Shown in pieces: positions 1 through 12,478 of a stretch of DNA of 64,000 nt. Both the position numbers and the translations under genes were made by a program. The notes beneath the pieces are model-generated. The model did not search any database and was not told the DNA's origin. It worked only from the letters and a program-made list of their open reading frames with translations. This DNA comes from Octopus sinensis (Eukaryota), in the NCBI RefSeq assembly GCF_006345805.1, contig NC_043021.1, forward strand, positions 11,966,001 through 12,030,000. The letters run 5' to 3'. Each line of letters opens with the position of its first letter. The first letter of the stretch is position 1.

Positions 1-213
1 GTTAGCACGCCGGGCGAAATGCGCAGCCATATTTCGTCTGCCGTTATGTTCTGAGTTCAATTTCTGCTGAGGTCGACTTTACCTTTCCTTTCGGGGATCG
101 ATAAATTAAGTACCAGTTACGCACTGGAGTCGATATAATCGACTTAATCCTTTTGTCTGTCCTTGTTTGTCCCCTCTGTTTAGCCCCTTGTGGGTAGTAA
201 AGAAATGGGTATG
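1..213 (+). mobile_element. SINE family A (tRNA-derived), cut by the window edge
   Basis: gttagcacgccgggcgaaatg...gttctgagttcaa (B-box-like)...gtcgataaattaagtaccag...agccccttgtgggtagtaaagaaat. The same consensus recurs more than 15 times in the window. Confidence 0.85.
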
Positions 214-574
214 ACTTTTGAGCCCAGATACTCTTTAAAAAATATCTAAGATATTGCAAATGCATCTCTTCAGAATCTGTTTCAGCTTTTTTTTTTTTTT
301 TTTGTATCATTTGAGTGTTTTGATCTCTCTTTTGACCTCCGGAGGATTTGCACATTTTTTGCCAAAAATGATACTAAAAAGCATTTTGTATAAAACGATG
401 GTATCAAGAGTTAATGCTATTTGATTGTAAACGAGAATTTTCCCTGGGTACCCTTACAGGAATTTTCTCCCGACTAGCTCTTTTATCAAGCACATAGCAT
501 AACATGTTGAATAGTTTACTTGTGGCCGTCTTTGCTTCTTTTTCCACATTTTGTCTTGTCAATCGCTTGGAAGC

Positions 575-717
575 TGGTAGTCTGCTTTGTATCTTGCGAG
601 CCCGTTTTATCTTGCGAGCCCGTTTTATCTTGCGAGCCCGTTTTATCTTGCGAGCCCGTTTTATCTGGCGAGCCCGTTTTATCTGGCGAGCCCGTTTTAT
701 CTGGCGAGCCCGTTTTC
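575..717. repeat. 18-bp minisatellite (ttttatct[t/g]gcgagcccg) x about 7.5
   Basis: Directly visible. It produces the FILRAR, CEPVLS and DKTGSQ ORFs in the track. Confidence 0.95.
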
Positions 718-1462
718 TCTCGCAATCATTAGCAAAAATTACGTTGGAATTTACTAATCTGCCATGGACTGACCAATTCTACTATATACATAGATACATA
801 TGGACATTTGAATTTTCCACTTGAATTGGTTGGAAACTGGTAGTCTGTTTCGTATCCTTTCAATTTCCTGCAGATAAAGCCGTTTTTCATGTTGGGCAAA
901 GCTATTGGAATCGATATCATTGTTTGTCTGGCAAAGCACCTGATCAACAAAAGGAATGCAATTTAGAAATGAAAAAAAAAAAACCCAGTGAACTTACTCA
1001 AAAGTTCAATGCCAACTTGCCTCTTTATCTGACAATCTATTGGCAAAAATGACATTGAGAATTATTAATCTGTCATGGCCTGACCCATTATACCATGTCA
1101 ATGGACAGTGCTGTTTTCTGTCTCAAATTAAATGTACAAGTGAAAGTTGCTTTGGTACGCATTTGCCGGATTTAGGATAAACTTGTGATTCATTCAGCAT
1201 TAATCCATGAACCATGGATTAATACAGGCTATGTTATCTTCCAATCTTCAACACTCATAAATTTAAACTACAGTGATACCACACAGCATGAATTTAATTC
1301 ATTCCATGACTGAGCTCATCTTATTTACTCGTTTTACAAATCAATTTTACTTGTTGAAATCAACTAAAACGTAATCTGTTCTAGCCCTCAAAAATAATTT
1401 TTAAGGGTTTTAAAACAAAAGCTGTTTCAAGTAAAATGACGATTACAAAAAATGTAAAAATA

Positions 1463-2067
1463 TGTAAACTGGTTTTATTAAATGAATTACCCTTAAAGCT
1501 GGGATGGTTTGTAAACTAGTTTTATTAACTGAATTACCTTAAAGCTGGGACAATTTATAAACTGGTTTTATTAACTGAAGTACCTTAAAGCTGGGACAAT
1601 TTATAAACTGGTTTTATTAACTGAAGTACCTTAAAGCTGGGACAATTTGTAAACTGGTTTTATTAAATGAATTACCCTTAAAGCTGGGACAATTTGTAAA
1701 CTGGTTTTATTAAATGAATTACCCTTAAAGCTGGGACAGTTTGTAAACTGGTTTTATTAAATGAATTACCCTTAAAGCTGGGACAGTTTGTAAACTGGTT
1801 TTATTAACTGAATTACCTTAAAGCTGGGACGGTTTGTAAACTGGTTTTATTAACTGAATTACCTTAAAGCTGGGACGGTTTGTAAACTGGTTTTATTAAA
1901 TGAATTACCTTAAACCTGGGACGGTTTGTAAACTGGTTTTATTAACTGAATTACCTTAAAGCTGGGACGGTTTGTAAACTGGTTTTATTAAATGAATTAC
2001 CTTAAAGCTGGGGCAATTTGTAAATTGGTTTTATTAACTGAATATCCTTAAAGCTGGGGCAATTTGT
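1463..2067. repeat. 46/47-bp minisatellite x about 13 (gctgggacaatttgtaaactggttttattaactgaattaccttaaa)
   Basis: Head-to-tail near-identical units with no spacers. Confidence 0.97.
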
Positions 2068-2814
2068 GTTCATACTGTGGATTTCTGCTCATAAGGCATA
2101 AATTCGCAAGTCTCTGCTCGTAGAGCAAATTACCCTGCAATGTGGCACTCACATGGTGAGGTTGCATTTAGTACTCAGGAAAGAAAGCCTCCTGGGGTAA
2201 GGAGCACAGGCGTGGCTGTGTGCTAAGAAGTTCGCTTCTCAACTACATGATTCTGGGTTCAGTTCTACTGCGTTGCACTTTGATCAAGTGTTCTATAACC
2301 TTGGGCCAACCAAAGCCTTGTGAGTGGATTTGGTAGACAAAAACTATATGCGTTTGTTCCCTCTCCACTGCTTGACAACCAGTGTTGGTATGTTTATGTC
2401 CCCCTAACTTAGTTTGGTAAAAGGCACTAATAGATTAAGTGTACCAGGCTTAGTCCTGGGGCTGATTTGTTCAACTAAAACCCTTCAGATGACAGATTAT
2501 ATAGTTGGTTGAAGTGGTTCTTGAGTATTACTGGTATTTGTTTTTGATTAAATTAAAAGAACCTTTCATATTACATGAATTATGGTGCATACGGATCATG
2601 TCGCAAACTGATCTAGTTCTTTTTGTATCAAAAGCATGAATATCATATCCATAAAGTCTACAATCCACTCAAAATATGAAATATCTGATAGTATTTCTTG
2701 CGTTTTTAAATTACTATTAATAACATTGACAGATTTCAAATAAAAATTAAAATCCAATTTAAATAAATTAATAGAAATATATTTATTGATGTTAATATAA
2801 ATTAGAGGCAGTAA

Positions 2815-3047
2815 GGTAGCGAGCTGGCAGAAACGTTAGCATGCCGGGCGAAATGCTTAGCAGTATTTCGGCTGGCTTTACGTTCTGAGTTCAAATTCCG
2901 CCGAGGTCGACTTTGCCTTTCATCCTTTCGGAGTCAATAAATTAAGTATCAGTTACACACTGGGGGTCGATCTAATCGACTTAATCTCTTTCTGTCCTTG
3001 TTTGTCCCCCCCCTATGTTTAGCCCCTTGTGGGCAGTAAAGAAATAA
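2815..3047 (+). mobile_element. SINE family A, full length
   Basis: gcgagctggcagaaacgttagc head through gcagtaaagaaata tail. Other copies at about 4425-4630(+), 24481-24714(-), 25198-25428(+), 29648-30047(+), 41341-41570(+), 42435-42860(+, two), 47820-48240(-, two), 49035-49505(+, two), 52195-52396(-), 52785-52968(-), 53990-54155(-). Confidence 0.9.
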
Positions 3048-3468
3048 TAAATTAGAAGCAGTGAATGTAAGATGAACAGATTACTTCTTGTAGTGTGAGG
3101 GAGGAAAAAGGATAACAGAAAAAGAAGCAAACAGGAGAAAGAAATACAAAGGGCCTTACCTGTGGGCCTCGGCTGAATGAGTGATTACTCAAGAAATAAG
3201 TCTTTACTCAAACTGACCACACATGCTTCCTGCCCATGCATGCCCCTGTGGGTCTTCCGCTGGCCCCTGCAGTTTTCACTTCCCTTTTACCTCATTTGCC
3301 ATCCTCTCCACCAACACCATATAGCTCATCTCCAGGTCCAAATTCTTGAATGGCAGTGGCATGGCAGGATTGTTAGCATCACTTCCCTTTTAACTCATCT
3401 GCCATCCTCTCCACCAACACCACATAGCTCATCACAGCCCGCCAACACCACACTTCTGAAGCATTAAA

Positions 3469-3512
<44 letters not shown>

Positions 3513-3519
3513 CTACCTT

Positions 3520-6500
3520 CTGGATATCTTAAGAGATTTTCTCTAGACTAGCTCTTCTGTTAAGCCAATGCTCAGCCGTTTTCTTCTGGCTGCCTTTGCT
3601 TCTTTTTTCTCCCCCATTTTGTCTTGGGTATTGTCAATTGGTTGAAATCCTGCAATTTCTGTCTCTTATCTTCTGTAGATAAAGCTGTTTTTCATTTAAT
3701 GGAAAAGCCATCAGAATCAATTCCATTATCTTTGGCTGGGAACAGAACCCAATATGATGTTTTGATTTGCTTAATCTACAAAGAATTACAAGTTCTTGGC
3801 GAGCACTTTCCAAGCTGGCATTTCATTGGATGATGGACCAGTTAAATAATCAACCACAGGAGATGATGTCTAGGCTTAATTAGTTTCTTTCAATTTCTTT
3901 ATAGTCCTTCCATAGTTTTCAGCATCATCGACAGTTGATAGAGGAAATATTGTCGTGTGACTTTATCATAACCTTTGTCTGAAAATGTAGTTGCTGTCTC
4001 TATTTTGGGCAAGACAAAGGTATATTATTCTCCCTGAAGCCTATTCTTAGACATATATTCAGGCATGGGATTGCTACATATTGAAAGTGAAGTGTTGCAA
4101 TGAATAGTAACCTTTCTTCGTTTGGCTGGCAAAAGTAAATTTGGGATGTTCCTGGTCCACTGTAAGGTATAAAACTTATTTTAATGAACTTTAATGAGAC
4201 AGTGGCATGGCTGTTGTTAAGCAACAAGATGGGGAAGGGCAATTAGGTTATGGTCTAGGGCTTAGGGGCAGGAGACCCCAGACCTTGGAAAGAAAAAAAA
4301 AAAAACTTCGGTCGTCTTGTAGTCGAGGGCTCTTCGTCGACGCCCAACACTACTGGGAGGTGGCCCTCGAAGTCGCTGGAAATGGAGATCTCCAGGTCCA
4401 AATTCTTGAATGGCAGTGGCATGGCAGGATTGTTAGCATGCTGGGTAAAATGCTTACTGGCATTTCATCCCTCTTCACGTTCTGAATTCAAATGCTGTGA
4501 GGGTTGACTTTGCATTTCCTCCTTTTGGTGGGTGAGGGTGATAAAATAAGTACCAGTTAAATACTGGGGTCGAGATAATCGATTTAGCTCCTCCCCCAGA
4601 ATTGTTGGCCTTGTACCAAAATTTGAAACGACGATCACCAATATTGGAGATATCTTGGTATGATCTAGATGAGCGTTTTTGTAAAGAGACTGCATCTACA
4701 GATTTCTTATCTTTAGAGAACCCCAATGATACATGTTGAATCCTACAGCTATTCATTGATGCTTCAGAACATTGTTTTATTGATAGATGCTGACATTTGA
4801 ATTTTTGTGGTGTGTTGATAAAAGGTCCTGAACCAAAATTTTCCATTGAAAATTTGTCTTTGATAAAAATAGTCTGGAGCAATATAAAAAATTTAACCAA
4901 TGGATCTTGGAGAACCTGAATGACTAGTCGGCTGTAAATTACTTTCACCCGAAAGGCTGGCAATTTTCAATTTGGGTGTGCTCCATGCAGTTTTCAGCCA
5001 GGATTTGACTTTGAATCTGATCATGTCTGCACTGGAACCTCTTGGAGTCAAAGTAGATGCAGACTATTTGACTCAAACACTGGGGCAATTTGTAAACTGG
5101 TTTTATTAACTGAATTACCTTAAAGCTGGGACGGTTTGTAAACTGGTTTTATTAATTGAATTACCTTAAAGCTGGGACAATTTGTAAACTGGTTTTATTA
5201 ACTGAATTACCTTAAAGCTGGGACAATTTGTAAACTGGTTTTATTAACTGAATTACCTTAAAGCTGGGACAATTTGTAAACATCAGCTCTTCTGAAATTT
5301 GAACTCCCTTAATATTTTCATAATTTCTGTGGATGGGTTCTGTGCTGAGACCAGTACTGTGGGTTTCTGGTAATCTTTCCACAGGAAAATTTACAGGATT
5401 GACTCTTTTGACCTTATCTTTAACAATACTAGCTTTTAGAAATGGTATTAGAGATGTTTCCCTACCACTTCTATAATGAGGTGTGGGCCTATCAACTACC
5501 TTGGCACCATAAGCTTTTGCTTGCTTAACTTGAAATGCCATGATTAGCCTGGTCATAGAAATGTCGCCTTTTTTTTACCTTTGTAACCATGGCAATTTTA
5601 ATCATCTCCTTCACTACTGCAGTCCAAATTAATGTCAATTATTGCTCATAATTTCAAGCGTTTCAAGTTCACTAGTAATATGTTAGTAACTCTTTCTCAG
5701 TTCCCTTACAATAATTTCTATGTATCGGAGGAACTCTCTCATTGGAGTTCTTTATTAAAATTTTTGAACAAAGCTTTGCATCATCACAAAATGAAGATTT
5801 ACAACGACTGGGCTAATCTAAAAAGCTCCTACTGCTAGAGCAAAGTGTATTGTATTTTTTTAAAATTGTAATTTGTATTAGAAGAAACATCTGATTCAGA
5901 CACATCAATGCTTTGTGATATGCTCAGATTCGTTGCTAGCTTCCAGAGCAGCCATGGCAGTTTCTAAATTTTTTAACTCTATCAATGTTTGTCAACTTTA
6001 CTTCTTGTAGTTCTATCACCACCATTGCTCTGATTTGAACTTAGATGATTTTTGTTTCTAGCTAACATCGGGCAAGACCCATTTCTCCTCTCTTGAATTG
6101 TAGCTTTCTTTTTGAGGCTTGCTGCCTGGAGGCACTCCAGATTCAGGGAGAAATGAAAGCAGTTTTCTTGTACTAGCTGTTTTTAATTTTTTTTTTTGAC
6201 ATCTCAAAGGTGGTTTGGCTACCAAAGGAGATGATCCACTTCAGTCCGATTGTGATTATAAGTTCAGATTCTGCCACTGTGCTCTCGGAATTTTGTGAAA
6301 TAATATCATGTATTTGATTCTGGTGAAATATCTTTTAATATTTCTATCTTCCATTTGATGTGCCTTTGGCAATGATTACTATTATTTAAATAAAACCTTG
6401 GATCTTCTAAAAATATTCCAACATTATTCATTTCGCTAGATTCTTTTCCTAATGTTAGTCCTGTTCAAAATGAAATTCAACTATTACAGGTCATTTGGCT

Positions 6501-6830
6501 AACATCAAACAGAATTTTTTTTCTTGGTCAATTCTCCTTTAGCTTCTTGGTCACTTTCAATAGTGTATGCTTCACTGAGTTTCTATTGCTTCAAGATTTT
6601 TAGATTCAGGAGAACTATCTGTAAAGGTTTTATGTCATTTCACAATATTTGTTTCATTCAAATTTTTCTAACCATAATGACAATCTTGTTCTGTAGATGG
6701 GTCAATTATAGTTAAAACTATAATTTGAAAGGAACTACGTGTTTCTGTATTGGAAGATCAGAATGTATGTAATCTTCAGATTTATAATTCTACCAAGACA
6801 TCTTCAGGTTCAGTTTTCAAAGCATGAAAT
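3520..6830 (-). pseudogene. Decayed coding-like sequence of unknown identity, interrupted by a SINE and a minisatellite
   Basis: Open stretches of 90-110 codons of S/E/N/K-rich sequence (ORFs 4475-4963 and 5212-5556) broken by stops and frameshifts. The frame rejoins when the 5079-5281 insertion is removed. No family recognised. Confidence 0.35.
5079..5281. repeat. Second array of the 46-bp minisatellite (x about 4.4)
   Basis: Same unit as 1463-2067; flanked by duplicated aaac at 5075-5078 and 5278-5281. Confidence 0.95.
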
Positions 6831-6870
6831 TAAAAATTATAAATATAAATTAGCATACATATAATAGTGT

Positions 6871-7110
6871 GGAGGCGCGTGGCTTAGTGGTTAGGGTGTC
6901 AGCATCATGGTTGTAAGATTGTGGTTTCGATTCCTGGACCAGGCAATGCATTGTGTTCTTAAGCAAAACACTTCATTTCCTGTTGCTCCAGTCCACTCAG
7001 CTGGCAAAAAATGAGTAATGCTGCGATGGACTGGCGTCCCGTCCAGCTGGGGAACACGTACGCCATTGAAATCGGGAAACCGGGCCCATGAGCCTGGTTA
7101 GGCTTTAAAA
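6871..7110 (+). mobile_element. SINE family C (tRNA head plus CORE-like domain)
   Basis: ggaggcgcgtggcttagtggttag (A box)...ggtttcgattcc (B box)...gtgttcttaagcaaaacac...cactcagctg...aatgagt (CORE-like). Other copies at about 25812-26152(-), 31105-31391(-), 36150-36484(+), 37000-37355(-, two), 50890-51401(-, internal duplication), 57165-57490(+), 62717-63198(+). Probably one of the known octopus OR-type SINEs; not verified. Confidence 0.85.
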
Positions 7111-7943
7111 AGGGTGCATTTATTTTTATTCATATAATAATATAGTTCTTTTGGGGTTTGTGATGCAGTATGTCTTTTAACAGACAACACAGTTTAAACA
7201 AAACTTTTGCTGTAATGACAGATTGTTGTTGACAGAAATTCAGTGCGAGAGAAAGAATTAAAATTTGTTTCAAGAAAATGTGTGTTTACTGTTGTTACTA
7301 TAGTAACATACGATTTTCACTAAATGCCTACAATTAAAGTAAGGTAAATGTATGAGTAACAAATATTTTTACTGGTAGCATAGCAATGGATAAAGACCTA
7401 GTTCCAATCAATTTTCTGACTCGGTCGTGCATAGTTTTTGAGATAGTTTTGGCAATGTGAAATTGTTTCCCCACAGGATCACACTGCAATGTAACATTTG
7501 TAGCAACTCGGATTTAGTTGATGAAATTTTAGGCTTTTTCTTTTTTTCTTTTTTTCTTCAGAATTATAATCAGTTTTTCTTCGTATTTCACAAAAAGAAA
7601 TTTCTAAAAGTGAAAAATGGTGAGATTAAAATTTTGAAATGCCATTTTAAAAAAAAAAATATCTATTTTTTGCAGATTCAGAATCTCTGCGGTCGAAAAA
7701 GTGGGTTTCTGTAGAAAAAAAAAAAAAAAAAAAACGTAAGTGGGTGTGGTCCATGTCCTTTACCTCCACCCAGAAGTTGTCTAAAAAATTAAAGAAACAA
7801 TACCAGGCTTAATGTGGCGTGCCATATCAGATTGATATGATGTTGCCCACTACTGAATGTAGATGTAACGCTTGAAGGTTCTCATGTTGGAGTAACTAGT
7901 AAACATCGAAGAATCAACACCAATAAGGAAGACATATTTACAT

Positions 7944-8662
7944 TTATTCATTTGTCCAATAGGCAGCTAGACAGAAGTAATAGTAGTGATAGTGTAGAAA
8001 AAAGGTTGGTTTGCTGATTGGTAGTTGATAGCATGTAGAAATTATCTGTCAGTGAAATAGTAAAGAATGCACAGTGCTGACTAGTAAGGATAAAAGGTGA
8101 CATCATCTTCCTTGCGGCCCCGAAAGCTTCTTTTTGTATGTCGACGGGTGAAGGGAAGTGTTGCTCTTGGTTATGGCTGATGCAGAAGAGCATGTTGCTC
8201 CATGGTCTGCTGACACTAAAGGGGAAGATAGGAAGTGTTCTGTTATAAAGAATATGGTCAGTAATGTAGGTCAAGCCCTAAACAAAGAACTGATATTTCC
8301 TTGACCAGAACAGGTCCTAGGGGCGCCACTGTTTCCTCATCTGGTGTAGAGGACTTCCTGCTTGTTAAAACAAGCAGGTGGATTAGGTCAAGCTTGGATC
8401 CCTACAAAACCTAATCCATCTTTGCCCACTATTCACAGGAGATCCATGTTTGTTTTTTTTTTGTGCCCAAAAGTTTCAAGAAAAATAGGTAACTGGAAGA
8501 TGATGCCACCTTTTATCCTTACTAGTCAGTACTGTACATTCTTTACTATTTCACTGACAGACAACTTCTACATGCTATCAACTACCAATCAGCAAACCAA
8601 CCTTTTTTCTACACTATCACTACTATTACTTCTGTCTAGCTGCCTATTGGACAAATGAATAA
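7944..8662. repeat. Inverted repeat: 168-bp arms (7944-8111 and 8495-8662), 383-bp spacer
   Basis: The arms differ at 5 of 168 positions by manual alignment. The identical peptide tail in ORFs 7948-8274(-) and 8362-8658(+) reflects this repeat. Confidence 0.97.
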
Positions 8663-9289
8663 GACAGGAATTTCAATTCGTAACAAATGGACCCATTTTT
8701 ATATATTCTAACTTTACTGTAGCAGACCATATGTATATGAAACAGTGATGTTGTGAAACTGCTGGAAATAAAATAACGTATTTGCAACAGTACAGTGAGT
8801 ACTGTTACCAATGTAAAGTAGTGACACACTACACTTGTTTCGTAACTTAATAACATGGTCACTTTATTATTCAAGTTAATGAAAATGACAAAACCATCAT
8901 TGAAGTTCAAGCTTTGCAAATTTTAAGCCTTAAGCCTTGGTCCTGATTTCTTTGGTGTCGGCTCAGCTAGAAAAGGTATTGCTCAGGCAATTGGGGCAAC
9001 ATCCTGCATCTGCCACTGATCCATGAGGTAGTCCTCAGGCATCTCCCCCATAGGGCCTTATCAGAAGCAGCCATCATTGCTTTCGGGTTGAATTTCTAAA
9101 CATGACCAAGTAAGAGTATGGATATTATCCAATCATCTCATTCATAGTTTCCTGTTGGTTGGCTTGGTTTTAAGAATCTGTCTTAGGATTATTTCTTGTA
9201 ACATTCTAATCACATGTTCCTCGTACCAGAGCTGTGACCTCTCAATCATATAAGAACGTTGGCATCAATACTTTATACAATAACATTAC

Positions 9290-9780
9290 CACCTAATGTG
9301 ACAGAAGCCACCATCATCAACGGATGTGCGTCTGAGAAAGAGGCTTTCATTCCAAGAATTCCAAGCAAACCAACAGACATGCCATTTGAGTTCAAGTGAA
9401 ACACGATTCCCAGTGCAACTTTGCTTTGCAATGTCTATTAATAAAGCTCAAGGCCAGTCTTTGAAATCTATTGGCTTGCTTTTCTCATGGTCATCTTTAT
9501 TTTGGTTGCTCCAGGGTAGGTAGTTTGCCAGACTTATTTGTTTATGCTCCAAACCAGAAAAAACAAGAATATTGTTTACATAGACGCTCTTATACATGGT
9601 AGAATTTATTTCCTTTCATAAATGTAGTAAATTTTGTATTTTCGTTTATCATTGTATTATAAATTCAGATTTGATTTCCCAATTGAAGAATAAATTGAAT
9701 TTAGAATAAATTTCTATACAACATATTTTGTTTTTTTTTCCTCTAATATATAAGGGGAAAATTTCATTCCCGTACAACAC
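9290..9780 (+). mobile_element. Helitron Rep/Hel C-terminal (PIF1-type helicase) fragment, frameshifted
   Basis: NVTEATII..FIPRIP..PTDMPFEFK / RFPVQLCFAMSINKAQGQSLK / FSHGHLY.GCSRVG correspond to helicase motifs V and VI typical of Helitrons. Confidence 0.9.
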
Positions 9781-10787
9781 CATCATCATGTCCTTAACGT
9801 CGTCGACATAATCTCTCTACGTACACAGCCCAACAAGTAATTCACCCAGGTTTCAACAGTTCACTGTTTGTGAATTATTTCACCATGGATCAATAATGAA
9901 TATACAATCTTCATGAACACTGCATCACAGCCACGACTTCACATGTACCTGTAACCAGCTCGGTACCATGGCTGCAACTTCTTGATACAGTGCTGTGTGC
10001 ATAGCGTACTACGTTCGATATGACAGTTAGCCCGGCGTTATAGAACAGGATGAATTACTCGTTTACATTACTGACGAACACCCCAGATAGTACAACTGTA
10101 ATTGTAAATGAAACTGTGAGCTTTGGGGGGCTCGTAAGCCATTTCATTTAATTCATCATTAATATTTCGTTTCATATCATCCTTTCTGTATTTTTGTTAT
10201 ATGTACCCCATGTCCTGTATTGTATTGTTATGTTCCCTCTTCATTCGGGCCATTGTGCCTATAATAAAGATTTTAACTTCTTGATACAGTACTTCAATAT
10301 AGTGTACGACTGACTACGAACTGGTATTATCATTCTGTGAACTTACTTCTCACTTCGATGGCTACAGACTCTTTCACTGTTTCGTCTTCATTGCCATCCT
10401 TATATGTTCTTAACATGTCCATATATCTATGCTTACACACACACACACTTTGTTCTCATGACAGCCTGTCAATTACTGTATATATGAAGCACACAGACAC
10501 ACATTATGTTATCAATAAATATTTTCTTAACCATTCTACGCAGTCTTGTCTCTTTTCCCTGTGACACTTGTTTGTACTATTTAATTTCTCTTTATTTTAA
10601 CGGTCGTGTGATGTGGTACAAACGAGCCATTCTCGTCACCTCACATCTCGCGGTCCATTTCAGATCAATGCACCCTTACGATCCCACTTCTCTTTCCAAC
10701 TCTCGCTTTAATAACTGGTACATGCAAAATTAGTCATGCACGTACTCCGTATTGGACGATGCAGGAAACCTCTGTAATCCTCTAGCC

Positions 10788-11689
<902 letters not shown>

Positions 11690-11724
11690 CTAGATAACAT
11701 GTTTATTTCAGATGAGTATTGGAT

Positions 11725-12177
11725 GCCAGCGAGCTGGCAGAAACGTTAGCATGCTGGGCGAAATGCTTAGCGGTATTTCGTCTGCGTTACGTGTGAGTTC
11801 AAATTCCGCCGAGGTCGACTTTGCCTTTCATCCTTTTGGGGTCGATAAATTAAGTACCAGTTACGCACTGGGGTCGATGTAATCGACTTAATACATGTTT
11901 GTCCCCTCTGTGTTAAGCCCCTTGTGGGTAATAAAGAAATAGGTATTTCGTCTGCCGTTACATTGAGTTCAAATTCCGCCAAGGTCGACTTTGCCTTTCA
12001 TCCTTTCGAGGTCGATAAATTAAGTACCAGTTACGTACTGGGTCGATGTAATCGACTTAATACCTATGTCTGTCCTTGTTTGTCCGCTCTGTGTTTAGCC
12101 CCTTGTGGGTAATAAAGAAATAGGTATTTCGACTGCCGTTACTTTGTGAGTTCAAATTCCGCCGATGTCGACTTTCG
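11725..12177 (+). mobile_element. SINE family A with tandemly repeated body (one head plus 2 full bodies and a partial third)
   Basis: ggtatttcg body starts at 11772, 11942 and 12123. Confidence 0.9.
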
Positions 12178-12478
12178 TCACTCACTCTCCGTTTCTCTCA
12201 CTTAGGCTCTCTCTCTCTCTCTCTCTTCCCACACACAAAAATCAAACACATTTTGGCGCCAAATTTGTTTCGTTTTTTTTTATGTGGGGAGAGAGAAAGA
12301 AAGTGTGAGTGGGTGACGAAGTTTACCTAAACATTGAATGGATAAAAATCTATAACTATATCATTATACATCATCAGCACCATCGTTTAACGTCTGCTTT
12401 CCAAGCTGCCATGGGTTGGACGGTTTGACTGAGGACTGGCAAGTCGGGAAAATCTATTCGGGGTTATTATATATATTA

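Noticed and set aside
1463-2067. CRISPR-like array (also considered for the 103-bp and 172-bp repeats)
   Set aside because: Head-to-tail units without unique spacers, no cas genes, eukaryotic context.
6871-6945. tRNA genes at SINE heads
   Set aside because: A and B boxes are present, but there is no convincing cloverleaf and each head continues into a SINE body.
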